A stretch of DNA of 64,000 nucleotides from Dicyema japonicum (Eukaryota; Animalia; Dicyemida), in contig RDEW01000011.1 of assembly GCA_011109175.1 (NCBI GenBank), forward strand, positions 559,061 to 623,060, written 5' to 3'. Under the pieces are notes generated by a model, which worked only from the letters and a program-made list of their open reading frames with translations, ran no database searches and was not told where the DNA came from. Within the stretch, counting starts at the first letter, position 1, and every line of letters starts with the position of its first letter. Both the position numbers and the translations under genes were made by a program. Of this stretch, positions 11,337 through 23,895 are shown one piece after another.

Positions 11337-13816
11337 ATGTTTAGAAGAAATCAAAGCACTTTTAAAGGCCCAGTAAAGTCAAATCGAAGAAAGACAAATA
11401 GAACAGACAAAAGAAGGGCAAATTATAGTGAATTTACTACAGAATATTGGCCCTTAAATGAAAGAGATAGAACATTTAATCGAATCCAGGAATATTGCAT
11501 TAAAAATAAGTGTATTTTTGTGGACAAAGAATTTCCTGCTGGTCCAAATGTTCTGGGATCCTTGAATTCCCGTAGAATAATCTGGCAGCGACCTCAAGTA
11601 TAGAAATTTATAAAATCAAGAACTTTTGTCCAAATCCAGAATTTTTTGTTGACGGAGTGTCCCGTTTTGATGTGATCCAAGGTGCTATAGGTTGCATGTG
11701 TTCAATCACGTGTAGGAGATTGCTGGCTGTTGGCAGCGATTGAGTCCCTCTCACAGAACCAATTGCTCTTTAACCAAGTGGTCCCCGAAGATCAGGATTA
11801 CCATAACGGTTACTGTGGAGCATTTTGCTTCAATTTTTGGCGATATGGAGAGTTTTATTGGTGATTACTTTAAAGTTGGATTGAGATTGTGGTCGACGAT
11901 TACTTGCCAACGGTCAATTCTAAGCTTGTTTTCATGCAGAGTAAGTCCTTGAATGAGTTCTGGTCAGCCCTCTTAGAGAAGGCCTACGCTAAGTAATAAT
12001 ATGGTTATGTGAGATTAATGGGAGGTTATGATTTGCTGGTGGGGGGCAATACAATAGAAGCCATGACTGATATGACAGGGGGAATAAGCGAAAATATTCT
12101 AATAAATTCCGTAGGACCTGATTTCTTTCAATTTTTAATGATTTCAATGGAAAGAGGCTCACTTTGTGGGTGTGCCGTGGACCCCGTAAATATCATTATA
12201 AACGTAGAATGTCTACAATTATATGGAAGAAAAACTACCTTGTGGACTCATGGTATCCCATGCTTACTGCATAACGGGTGTTAAAATGGTTGGAGAAGCA
12301 TTGATTCTTAGTTGACCACAAAGATTGGGACTACAGTCTTATTGATTAGGATTATGAATCCTTGGGGGGCGGTAGAATGGAAAGGAAATTGGAGTGACAA
12401 CTCAAACACCTGGAATATGATCTCCCCGGCTGAGAAGGCAAAACATGGCATAGAATTCGCAGAGGACGGAGAATTCTGGTGGGAGTCTTTGCGAATCCTA
12501 GGATGGCCTATGATGACTGGCGAATGCAATTCAGCAGAGTTCAAATTTGTCATTTAGGGCCGGATTCCATCAGTGAGGAAGATTCAGCGACAATTTCACG
12601 GAAAACGTGGAATGCTGTAATCGAGCACAAGTCCTGGATAAGACGAATAAATGCAGGAGGGTGCAGAAACTATCCAAGTTAGTGACGTTGCAAAATCACA
12701 GACACGTTTTGGACAAATCCCCAATATTATGTGACCCTAACGGAGCCGGATGACTCAAGTGTGAACTACAGCACTCTCATAGTGTCTCTGATTCAAAAAC
12801 ATGACAGAAAAACCTCATCCTCGCTTCTAAATATAGGCTACTCTATTTATAAGGTATATAATAAGTTCATTGGTAGATTCCAGAGAATATGGTAGATCAA
12901 ATTATTCCAAGGGAGTTTTTCATGAAGACAAGTTCAGTGGCAAACACTACATTTGTGAACAGACGAGAAATATCTGGCCGACATAAACTAGAAATAGGAC
13001 ATTATGTTATAATTCCGTCAACATTTGAACCCTATTTAAGTGGAAAATTTGTTTTGAGAGTATTTTCCGTGAAGAAGACTTCTCATAGGTGAGGATGTGA
13101 CTAAAATTGCAGGGAATTGGATGTTAACACGAGGATAAAACCAACAGTAATTTATTCCAGCATATTTAGATCAAAATATCGAAAACTAGAGAACTAAGTC
13201 GCAGTAATGCTTTGAAAAATGCATTTATGTCCTTTGCCGGTCCCGACGAAGTGGTCGACTCTTTTGAGCTGCAAAAAATCATAAATCTGTTGTTTAAGGA
13301 TATCAACAGATGTGAGATCAGTTTGGAGGCGTCTCGTTCCATAATCGCCAGCAGTGATGTAGGACTTTTAAATAATCCCAGGATAACGGTAACGGAAGTC
13401 TGGAATTTGAAGAATTCCTGAAAATGTGGAACTATATATCGGAATGGCGGGTATTTGTAATTTTTACTTCAGGCAATATTCTGCAAATATGACGTCGATG
13501 GGAGTAATTCACTTGACAGCTGCGAATTCCGTATTGCTTTGAGAACAGCGGGTTGTCGTTGGATTTAATGTTAGGATTTGATTTGAGCAATGTATTAATA
13601 CACAATATTATAATTCGGTACAGCAAACGTGATGGAAAGATTGATTTTAGTGATTTTATACTTTGCATGTGCAGATTAGCCAGACTTAATGGTTGTTTTA
13701 TAATTCATTTTAGATTTGTTTGACAAATTTCATAAAGACGGGATTCCTAACTTCACCATTGACGATGTAATGATTTTTATTTACTGCAGTTTTTGGCCAT
13801 CTGCACTTCATTCTAA
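11337..13816 (+). CDS. Classical calpain (CysPc, C2-like domain III, penta-EF-hand)
   Basis: Spliced catalytic triad is intact: [22 protein letters not shown]. Also [13 protein letters not shown], domain III ([16 protein letters not shown]; [10 protein letters not shown]) and an EF-hand C-terminus. Stop TAA at 13814-13816. Confidence 0.92.
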
Positions 13817-13899
13817 TCTACTAAAACTATTTGTTATTGATAAACTTATTAAAACTAATTTTTATGATAACCAAAAATCGCCTAGTGAGTATAGGCTGC

Positions 13900-15510
13900 T
13901 TTATGTTCGTGAATTAGGTCAGAAAATTTGTAGATAAAACGGGATCTTGACTACTAATCAACTTGGTGCTCTGATCGAACACCAAAGAGCAAAGGAAAAG
14001 CACTTTTTACCAAGTGCTTTAACTACCAATATGGCAATGAGCATAGTCTTTTTTTAATAGCCTTTTCACGAGAGCCATAATATATATAGCTCCGCATAGG
14101 CAGGAAACACATTTTATAAAGAACAGTTAATTTTAGCTAATGGTAGAACCAAGGAATCTTCACTTCTTTTTTTCTTTTTCTTGTGTGTGGGTCCTTTCTA
14201 GACAATCCAGTTCCGCAGTGAGTATCCACTGATGACGGCGTCACTCGTCAAACCCTTTTAGCATCGTAGATGTCGTGGAACCTTCCACCAAGTGAACAGC
14301 GAGAATCGAACACGTAACATAAGTCACTTTAGCCCGACACCTAACCACTATGCCACCCGGCTGAGCATAGTCTTTATAGGTAGATATGAAAAAAAGCCTT
14401 TGACTAAATTGATCGTGAATGCCTGAGTCCTTGTTTCGAATAAGACAAAAAACATGGTTGAGGGGATAAAAAAAAAGAATGCTGAATTTGCAAAACAAGT
14501 ATAAATGTGAGGAATATTATTCCGAGTATTAAATTAGCATGCAATTTCCATGCTTAATATGTTAGGATGAAGAGTACGCTGAGATGGATATGTCTTGAAA
14601 GAGACTCATGTGCACGTTAGGTGGCAAACATAGACTGACTGTGCATACCTAGGTTCATGCTAGGTCGCGGTCTACGTAATTTAGTCGGCATGAGTGAGAG
14701 GTTTTTGTTTGGTATGCTGCTTAAATTTGAGTCTGAACCATCAAATACTTGAAGGGAATAGGGCTGAAGCAGCAACATCTTAGTTTTCGAGGAGACTAAA
14801 CAAACCCACTTAAGTACTATTCTCAAATATCTAGCCTCTAATTATGACCTTAGCCAAAGACCCTTAATATGAAGGAATTGGTACAAAGTGATACCTTAAT
14901 TAAATAGACCAGCGTAAAATACATTCATAGTCGTCTCTTCTTTAAAAACCCTCACGTGGAAGTGAATGCATCTTTATCCAGCATGGAAGTCCTCGGCTGG
15001 AGGCGCTTATGACCTCGCTGCAAGACATATGGGGCGGTGTTCATATTGTAATTAAAAAACGAAAATTGTGGAACATTTAGCCACTAAGTGTGCCAGTATG
15101 CCAAACCACGATTACGTGCGGTGGCATAATTAGGTTGTGAGATCTATCCGCCTACTTTTATGCAACAAGTATGGGATATCATATTCTATAGAAGATTATG
15201 GGTCCATAAAGTGCAGTCTATTGCTGAGAATGCAAAAGTTTTAATAATGATGGACGCAGTAGTCAAAACCTTAGTTGTTGTACATCAAAATAAGCCAGAT
15301 ATTGTATTTTATGATAAATTATCGGGGGACATAACTATCATAGAAGCGGATATTACTAACCATGAACGCTTGCAAATATCGGAGGTGAAGAAGCGGAAGT
15401 ACGTTCTTCTCGCAAAAGAATTGTAGATAATGCATTGGTTCAAAGTCAATGTTGTTTTTTTATATGATGTGATTGTAGCTAGAAGTGGATAAAACGAAGG
15501 CATCAATAGA
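13900..15510 (+). mobile_element. Decayed, internally deleted RLE-type non-LTR retrotransposon
   Basis: RT motif DMKKAFD is split from upstream sequence by a SINE. Later HDYVRWHN and NKPDIVFYDK..IIEADITNHERLQ..KKRKY. Same family as 459-2620. Confidence 0.75.
14052..14362 (-). mobile_element. tRNA-derived SINE copy 3
   Basis: A and B boxes, shared tail, TSD GAGCATAGTCTTT at 14039-14051 and 14363-14375. Confidence 0.92.
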
Positions 15511-15522
15511 AACCCTTCTGTA

Positions 15523-16620
15523 CAGTAGTTCCCAACCTTTTTGGTCTGCAGGCCAAATCAATAATTAATGATTGTTTTGTGGACCGCAAAAAATTAAAAA
15601 AAATCAAACTTTATTAACTAAAATTAATGTGAGAATTGAATCTGCTTTCCTTCTACTATTCTTTCAAAACAGGAACTCAGTTTTGATGACGACGTTAGTA
15701 AGAGTTGCATAAGATGTTCATCAGTTAATTGGTTGCGAAATTTGGTTTTGATCCGTGTGAGTCTGCTGAACAGAGTTTCACAAACATACGTTGATCCAAA
15801 TACAGACGCATTTTTATACGCATTCGTAACCAAGTTAGGGGTTTTAAATTTAAAATTCTACTCCANAAAAAAAAATCAAACTTCATTAACTAAAATTAAT
15901 GTGAGAATTGAATCTGCTTTCCTTCTACTATTCTTTCAAAACAGGGACTCAGTTTTGATGACGACGTAGTAAGAGTTGCATAAGATGTTCATCAGTTAAT
16001 TGGTTGCGAAATTTGGTTTTGATTCGTGTGAGTCTGCTGAACAGAATTTCATAAACATACGTTGATCCAAATACAGACGCATTTTTATACGCATTCGTAA
16101 CCAAGTTGGGGGTTTTAAATTTAAAATTCTACTCCAGAATTCTAATATTTGACTTTTCTTAAATATTGTGGTTAGCTCTATATCCGACTGCGTTTCAATG
16201 AGCTCCATTTGAAATTCGTCTGGAGCCGTTGTAGGATCTATTTCTATAGGAGTAGAAAATAATTTCATTATTGGCAAGGCATCCTTGAAATAATTAAAAC
16301 TTATTTCAAATTCTTCAATTAGATCGCAAATAACGAGTATATTTCTGATACGAATTTTGATAACATGGGCTATTCGAACCGTGTCCATTCGTCTTTTTAA
16401 AATGGCCTCCAATTATTTTTGTCAAGTTTAGCTAAGTTCATTAAAATAACGAGTATATTTCTGATACGAATTTTGATAACATGGGCTATTCGAACCGTGT
16501 CCATTCGTCTTTTTAAAATGGCCTCCAATTATTTTTGTCAAGTTTAGCTAAGTTCATTAAAAACATCACGAGATTTGACCGAAACGACATCCTTAAATAA
16601 AAAAAAGTCATCTTTTTAAA
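15523..16620 (-). mobile_element. hAT (Charlie/SPIN-like) transposon remnant
   Basis: TIR-like CAGTAGTTCCCAACCTTTTT at 15523. hAT dimerisation-domain fragments FGSTYVCETLFSRLTRIKTKFRNQLTDEHL and PDEFQMELIE..EFWS. Partly duplicated around the N at 15866. Confidence 0.8.
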
Positions 16621-16832
16621 TCTTATAAAAATTGATTTTAATGGGTCCTGTGTTTAAGTGGAACATTTTACTAAGGTCCTCAACATCTTTAGGTAAAAAA
16701 AATCATTTTTAAAATATTTTTATATAATTTTAGAATGAAAGATTTATTTTAAACAGGAGAAAAGGAAAATGATTATAAATGTTAATAGAATACATATTCT
16801 ACTAAATTTTTTTTTTAAACAAAAAATTTTTT

Positions 16833-16910
16833 TTAACAATTAAACAAATGTCAGTTGAGGAAGCCTGCTACGTGGATTGCGAACGAATTCCCTCGGAGTA
16901 TGGCTATTCC
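16833..16910 (-). repeat. Dispersed ~70-nt motif, short form
   Basis: Reverse complement GGAATAGCCATACTCCGAGGGAATTCGTTCGCAATCCACGTAGCAGGCTTCCTCAACTGACATTTG matches 10769-10838. Confidence 0.7.
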
Positions 16911-16949
16911 TATCTTTTGTCTTAGCCATAATCAATCCTTTGTCTCTAC

Positions 16950-17620
16950 TAAATTAAATATATATTCTGTCGGACCATATTAAGCAACATTTGTTCTACA
17001 AATCACAATATATTCTCAGATAAAACGATATATTTAGTAATTCTAAGAATTTTTTCTCAATTTTGTAATTTTAATAATTTTATCATTATGTCTTCTTTTA
17101 TCAATTTCTTTACAAAATTTTTTGGCGTTTTGTTTAGTGTCCCAAATGTACTTCTAAAAACGTTTTCTCAGCCTTCAATGAAGTTATTTGTCCGGGGTAA
17201 GTCCTCATATAGATGATCCAACTTATTCCAATAGTTAAATGGAAATCTTGGAATTAATCAATTTTCTTGATTTCCGATATAATTGATCAGGAAATATACG
17301 ATCTGAGCACTTCCAACATGTGCTTTGTTCTTTCTTGTATTTTAAATTGTACAGATTTCTATCATGTTCTAAATTTCTATTTCCCTTTTTGTTAACGAGG
17401 AACGGGATTGAAATTGAAATTTANAATGGAAATCTTGGAATTAATCAATTTTCTTGATTTCCGATATAATTGATCAAGAAATATACGATCTGAGCACTTC
17501 TAACATGTGCTTTGTCCTTTCTTGTATTTTAAATTGTACAGATTTCTATCATGTTCTAAATTTCTATTTCCCTTTTTGTTAACGAGGAACGGGATTGAAA
17601 TTGAAATTTATTTCCAAAGA
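16950..17620 (-). mobile_element. MULE (Mutator-like) transposase C-terminal remnant
   Basis: Minus strand PRFPFNYWNKLDHLYEDLPRTNNFIEG* matches the PRTNNxxEGW motif. Duplicated around the N at 17424. Confidence 0.6.
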
Positions 17621-17982
17621 CCACAGTTAAAGACAAAAACAAAAAATCATGTGATTTCGGCGAATTCCAAAAGGGCTCTCAGCTTGGTCCGGTGGTCTCC
17701 CCTCGATCCAACACAGGCATGCATGCAATAATGATTCAAGTTTTATTATAGTAAAGGAAATTAAGAGATAATACCTCATTAAGTTTAACTTTAATAAATA
17801 TAATTAATTTTTAATTCAAAGTCACTTGACCTGTCTCGAATGCTATCATCGATCTCTTCTCATTTCTCTTTTTACGACTTCTAGTTTCCCTTCGTTTAAG
17901 CCTCTTACAGGATCGAGGAGTTAGTTTGGTTACCCTTTGTCTTTGGAAATAATTTTAATTTAACATAAATCCGTATGATTAA

Positions 17983-20571
17983 TTAACTGTGGCAGTCTGC
18001 ACCGCATGGTAATTCCTTTTCCCAACAATAAGCGAAGCTCGATCTTTCGAACGAACGAAAATCAATCGTAGTGAAATCCCAATACGAACGAATCCATAAT
18101 CCAGAGAGGAGCTCAACATATGTCATAACTAGAACATGGATACCAAAAATGTAAAAATTGACAAACAACAAATCAGTCATTTAATAACCACAAAATAAAC
18201 CAAAAATCAAATTAAAATTAGTAATTAGTGAAAAATTCAAACATTAATCCACAGCCTACTATAGCTTGCGATCTACAATAACGATTCTAATACCATCTCC
18301 AAATGTCTTGGATCACTTGAATACTCAGCCAATTCCACAAAGTCACATTCAAACATTGAGAATAAATGGGGACTCACAGAAGACACACATCCCACGTATT
18401 TGAGAACATCATACCTTAGAGATAACAGCCACCCCCATAGATACACCAATATGTTCTGTTGTAATAACAAAGACTGCAAACCCTTTCAAGTCGTCCATCA
18501 CACGAGAGATCAAAACCTGTAAGTCGCTCATTCACTTCTTCGCATGTGGAAAATATTTCAGGTAGTTGAGACAGCTCGCACGTATGCAGTCGTGACTCCA
18601 CCGCAGACAAAAGCTCAGCACATGACATTATCGGGTCATCCGAAGGAATCATCACTTTTTCTGTTGCCGGACGAGCTCTTTTAAGTCCAATTCGGTAAAT
18701 CATCATGGAAATGACAGAAAGTCTATACTCAAGGTTCTCATCTACAGTAAATAACCAAATCAACATAAGGAGGGATCACATACATCTTGTATACGACCAA
18801 TAGTGTCTCTCAGTTCCAAAAGGGAGGCATAATCCGGAGCATTAAGAAACTCCACCAGTTGATTATCAACGTAGTGGACAAATATCATCGATTTGAAGTC
18901 ATTCACGAAGAATAATCCCTAAAATCCAGGGACTGGCACGTGCTAAGGTCCTCAACGAGTCTGACAAGTAGTTTAGTGGTATCAGTCAGCAGTGGAGACC
19001 GCTCGATTCATGAGGCGGATCTAACAATGACCACAAAGCTTACCGCGATCTGACGAAATTGAGCTCGTGGACGGAAAATCAGAGCTGATAGGGAATACAG
19101 TTCGACAACGAGGAAGAATCCCCACTTAGCGTAGCCGCGGCAATTCCGTTAATAACGTAACGGACATCATCGAGGATATCAGCGACTCCTCGTTTCAAAA
19201 TCATTACATTGTGAAGCTGATAAACCTTCGAAAGCAGTCTAGACCATAAAAGACAATATGACCTCATATATTCTGTGAAATCGTTGTAATCCTTCCGCGA
19301 AAAAACCAAGAAACGGCAAAAGGATCGATATTTCAGCAAAAGTGGACCGAAAATGTAAGCAAAGGTCACATAAAGAAGACTCAGCACAAAACGGAATAAT
19401 TTAAGCACATATTTTGTAGGAGTTGTAATTCCCAAACACGTGAGAGAGGCACTTATGTAGTCTTCTCCCTCTTGAAGACAACCCTACAGTTAGTAGATAC
19501 ATCACCCTTTCGATCGCCTCCTTTGCCTTCCTCAAATAAAGCGAAGCATCACTCATGTTGTCCGTACAAGGTAATATCTGAACAACAAAGTTAACGAAGA
19601 AGACAAACAGGCAGCCAATGTTGAGAAAGTGGGAAAGAACCAGTAAAAGCAAGCTTTTTGTGATAACTAGTAAAGACCCTCCGTCGGACATGTGGGCTGA
19701 AATTACTAATAAACCAACCGTGAGAGAGGAGAGAACGGGTTTGATAGGGATTACCGTGATTGAAAAATGCGGAAAATGAGGAAACGAAATCAGATCCCGA
19801 TTGAATAAAATAGGAGAAGGGATTCAACAGGAATATTATCAAGGCCATAAAACAATACACGGTCTTCCGACACTCAGCAAAGTTAAGGTCTGATGTCCTC
19901 AGATTTGGAGAATTTATAGAGCTCTCATAAAAAGAGGGGTTGGCTGCACTAAATTTGCGAAAAAACCTGAAGATGCGTTCTTTAGGCAGTTAATTTGATT
20001 TTTTAGCTGTTTCACGGAGTTGCGAAGGTTCACTATGGTGGAAGCAGCCTCGTCCAAAATCGTTCCCTTGCTGACCTGGGATGATAACATCGGTTACTTT
20101 GTTGGAGGAACTCATCACCAGATTCTTTAGGTTGAGAATCTTGTCGTTCAGGTTTTGACGGTACCGCCTCTCGATTATATGGTGACCGATTGGACGTTTT
20201 GCAGAATTCTTAGGTGCCCTGTAGTCCCCGTACCCTTGAAATTCCCAATAGTTGTCGTTCGGAATGTTCTGGGAGTAAGAATATTCGTCTCTTGTAGGAG
20301 TAAGGGACTCGAAGGTAGAGATTCGTGAATCTGGTGGAGACACTTCGTTTTTGCTGTTTGAGAGGACCTACTGGTCTCTATGGAGATGAACCTGATGAAG
20401 TTGGTCAATTGAAAGTTGGATGACTGTCTTTGAGCCATTAGTTATTAATTGAACATTCTCGTTTTTTGAAGGATTTGAGTAAGTGGACATCTCTAGCGGA
20501 GAGAATTCCATAGGATCGTGAAATAGTTTGTCGGAATTACCATATCCAAAATAATTTTCGTCTTCGTACAT
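17983..20571 (-). CDS. SREBF: Sterol regulatory element-binding protein (membrane-bound bHLH-Zip)
   Basis: Basic region HHIIERRYRQNLNDKI carries the SREBP-diagnostic Tyr. After 22- and 23-nt introns come TM1 with NP (VYCFMALIIFLLNPF), a lumenal RSLL site, TM2 and a long C-terminal region. The 3' exon structure and stop are approximate. Confidence 0.85.
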
Positions 20572-20996
20572 ATCAACAAAAGCAAATCCGATGAATTGTT
20601 TATTTTAAAAATATTATATTCATTTATTATCTATTTATTTTCTTTTAAATCTACGAATGTTTTTAATAGTTTTAAAAAATCGAAAATTATTATTGTGAGA
20701 AATAATGAGGATCTTGTCATGAGGCTTTAATAATGAGGGCCTTAGTCAAGCCGCGTGCACTGTTTGCGCGTCAAAACTTGTATATTCAAATACATTTTCT
20801 AAGATAACTAGTTGTTTGTTTTGAATGCATTAATCTCTAAAAGTCGGGTAGAATGAAATAACCTTATCTCTCTAAAAGACAACGTATCGGCTTTCCATGC
20901 ATTAAACTGAGTTAGTTTAGGAAGTCTGAATAATACACGTAGGTTGTCTAGAAGTTTTTAAGAATTTGACTAATTTATTGGAGACCATCGTGAGCG

Positions 20997-21074
20997 CTGC
21001 TGGTTATTTGAGCGAATCTCGCTCGCCATCCTAAGAGGGAATAGCCACGCAGTCAGGGCAGCCGCTATATGACC
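20997..21074 (+). repeat. Dispersed ~78-nt structured motif, long form
   Basis: GCTGGTTATTTGAGCGAATCTCGCTCGCCATCCTAAGAGGGAATAGCCACGCAGTCAGGGCAGCCGCT. Other copies at 26718-26780 and 45649-45726. Confidence 0.75.
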
Positions 21075-21309
21075 ATTTTTTGTCTTTCTTAAATAAATAT
21101 ATTTTACTCCCAAAAATTTTATTGATTAAATAGTGATTAATTATTTTTTTCAAAATGATTAGCCAATTTAATCAATAAACCTCAAATAGACAGATTAAGT
21201 AATATCGATTGTGTGGCTCTATGTGGTGCTATGTGGCTAATTGGTTAAAGATTTTTGTTTGTTCTGTCTATTCCTCCTTTTCCCTTTCTACTAGAGTTGG
21301 TCATGTGAT

Positions 21310-22050
21310 CCGCTTCCAGTGAATCAGAGCAGACAACATGCCCAAAGAACGCCAATCTGTGTTTTACGATTCTTCCCTCTAGCGAAATGTCAGTCTCTAC
21401 TCGTTTGAGTACATTGATGGTTGTTATTTTGGAAGTTCAAGAGATTCTTAGTAACCTCCTCCAGCCCCACATCTCAAAAGCATCATTTTTTGTCTATCCG
21501 CCTTTTTTAGTATATATGATTCTGCGCCGTATAGAAAAACCGGGAACACGATTGCATTAACTAGTCTGCATTTGGTCCTTAAGGAAATATCTTTGCTTTT
21601 CCAAATTCTATTCACTCTCTGGAAGGTGTCTCGTCCCATGGTAATTCGCCTCTTGATTTCCAATCCTTCGTCACCAATCCGATTAATTAGACATCCAGAA
21701 AGACAACATTACTGCAACTCTCTATTTTCTCATTCCCAATTTTTAGTTCCGGCGCTCTCTTCTCTGAATTTCAGAATCTACTCTCTGAGGCCGTCCCCTG
21801 TTTCAGCCAGTAAGGTTGTATCGTCAGCATAGCGCAAATTATTGATGTTCCTGCCTCCAATTTTAATCCTGTTATTTGATACAGTATCCAATTTAGTCAT
21901 GATCATTTCGGCATAAATATTGAATAGGAGATAATTAGCATCCTTGTCTTACTCCTTTAAAAATTTTGAACCAATCGGTATCTCCATACACTGTTTCTAA
22001 CAGTAGCTTCTTGATTCTTATAAAGAGATTTGATAAGCAATATCAGGATA
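21310..22050 (-). mobile_element. RTE-clade LINE fragment
   Basis: QGC..SP.LFNIYAE, INNLRYADDTTLLAE and EIKRRITMGRDTF..AIVFPVFLYGAES. Homologous to 50480-51390. Confidence 0.85.
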
Positions 22051-22134
22051 CACATAATTAGTTGTTAAACTTCTTTCACAGACACAGACAGATTATTTTA
22101 TTAACATAAACTCGTTACTAATTAAAAACTAATT

Positions 22135-22429
22135 TTTTTAAGGCCTTTTCACGAGAGCCATAGTATTTATAGGCAGGACACACACTTTATTTAAGTAAAG
22201 AACAGTTAATTTTAACTAATCAAAATGATCTTCACTTCCTTTTTCTTGTGTGAGTGTCCTTTCTAGACAATCCAGTTCAGCAGTGAGTATCCACTGATGA
22301 CGGCGTCACTCGTCAAACCCTTTCTGCATCGTAGATGTGTGGAACCTTCCACCAGGTGAACAGAAGCGAGATTCGAACCCGTAGCCTAAGCCACTTAAGC
22401 CCGACACCTAACCACTATGCCACCCGGCT
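22135..22429 (-). mobile_element. tRNA-derived SINE copy 4
   Basis: A and B boxes, shared tail, TSD TAAAAACTAATT at 22123-22134 and 22429-22440. Confidence 0.92.
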
Positions 22430-22499
22430 AAAAACTAATTAAACAAAGAGAAGCCAATGAGTTTGGTGGGGTCTGGTACAACAAGACAACATATGTTTT

Positions 22500-23100
22500 C
22501 TCTTCAAATTATTGACCCCTTGCACTAACAAGAATTATTTTTTCAAGTGCTGCAATATTTTTTCAATATAACTTGTACGTCTTTCATAACTAGGCGGTAA
22601 TTTAGATTTCAAATCAAGTCCATATGCCAATTTAATAACATATCTCCTTTATATATCTGAAGCTCTACTAGAATACTTCTCTAATCACTTTCAAACCATC
22701 CTAGGAAGCCATAAATCAGGAATGGTCTATAAAAGCTGTATAAACATAGAGAAAAGCTTTTTTCCTTTTGTTCTTGATGCAATCTTTAAAAAAAACCCTT
22801 CGAATTCACACAAACATCGAGATATTGAAATTGATCCATACACTGGATTGCGCCGCTATTAACACAAATTTTTGACTTATTTCTGTAGTTCACAATCCAG
22901 GAAACAGTACACTTTTCTAGAGATAAGGATAATCCTATATCTCGGCACCAACATTTAGCTTTTCCAATATGATTTGGAACACTTTTCCAAGACATCGATT
23001 TATTTATGCTAAGATTTAACAGAAATTAACATTTTTGAATTTGATTTATTAACCTTTGAAGTATCTTATGACAGACCCCCTGTGGAACCCTTCTTTTTAA
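22500..23100 (-). mobile_element. Old LINE RT fragment
   Basis: WCRDIGLSLSLEKC...MDQFQYLDV resembles RT domains 6-7. Confidence 0.5.
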
Positions 23101-23499
23101 CAAATTTTCTTCGATATTTGATTCTCCAACGCGTACAAAAAATTCTCCTTCAGAAAGAAAATCCTTCATCCACACAAGTGTTTTACTTCAACATTAAAGT
23201 TTGACTTTTTTATCGGTTTATCCGGGGTTAGTATTAATAAACAGACTAAGTATGAGAAAATTTGATAACTAAATTAGTATATTTGACATTTTATTCCTAT
23301 TATTAAAAAGCACTTTCACGGAACAAAAAAACGTTATATTAACTAACTAAGGTAAATTTTCGATGTGGTTCACCTTCACGTGGAGAAAATTGGATGCCTG
23401 TATCAAACTGGCAACTAAAAGAACCACTACTGTTCCCCTGTCAACCTTTTCAACGACCTCTGGGAAGTCGGACTGGATGATGGCGGCTATTGAGCGGGC

Positions 23500-23895
23500 T
23501 GAAAAAGGCGGATAGACGAAAATTGATGCTTTTGAGCTGTGGTGCTGGAGGAGGTTACTAAGAATCCCTTGGACTTCCAAAATAACAAACATCGATGTAC
23601 TCAAACGGGTAGAGACGGACATTTCGCTAAAAGGAAGAATCGTAAAACACAGATTGGCGTTCTTTGGGCATGTTGTCCGCTCTGATTCACTGGAAAGAAC
23701 CATTATGCTGAGCAATATTACTGGGAAGAGAAGACCCGGCGACCGAGGACTCGGTGGCTATCCACGGTGAAAGACGTCACGGGAATGCCTATATCAAGGC
23801 TACTCCAAATTGCAACGGATCGGAGAGAGTGGAGGAAACTCGTTCATGAGATCTCCAAGGGTCGGACACGACTTAATTGGACAACATAACATAAC
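23500..23895 (+). mobile_element. RTE LINE 3' end with (CATAA)n tail
   Basis: IDAFELWCWRRLLRIPW...FFGHVVRSDSLERTIML...KGRTRLN, then ACAACATAACATAAC. Confidence 0.85.

Noticed and set aside
15590-16560. Multiple internal repeats in the hAT element
   Set aside because: They bracket the N at 15866 or are exact ~100-bp copies; assembly artefact is more likely.
17240-17610. Direct repeat and ORF 17507-17731
   Set aside because: Duplication around the N at 17424; the ORF is antisense to a MULE remnant.
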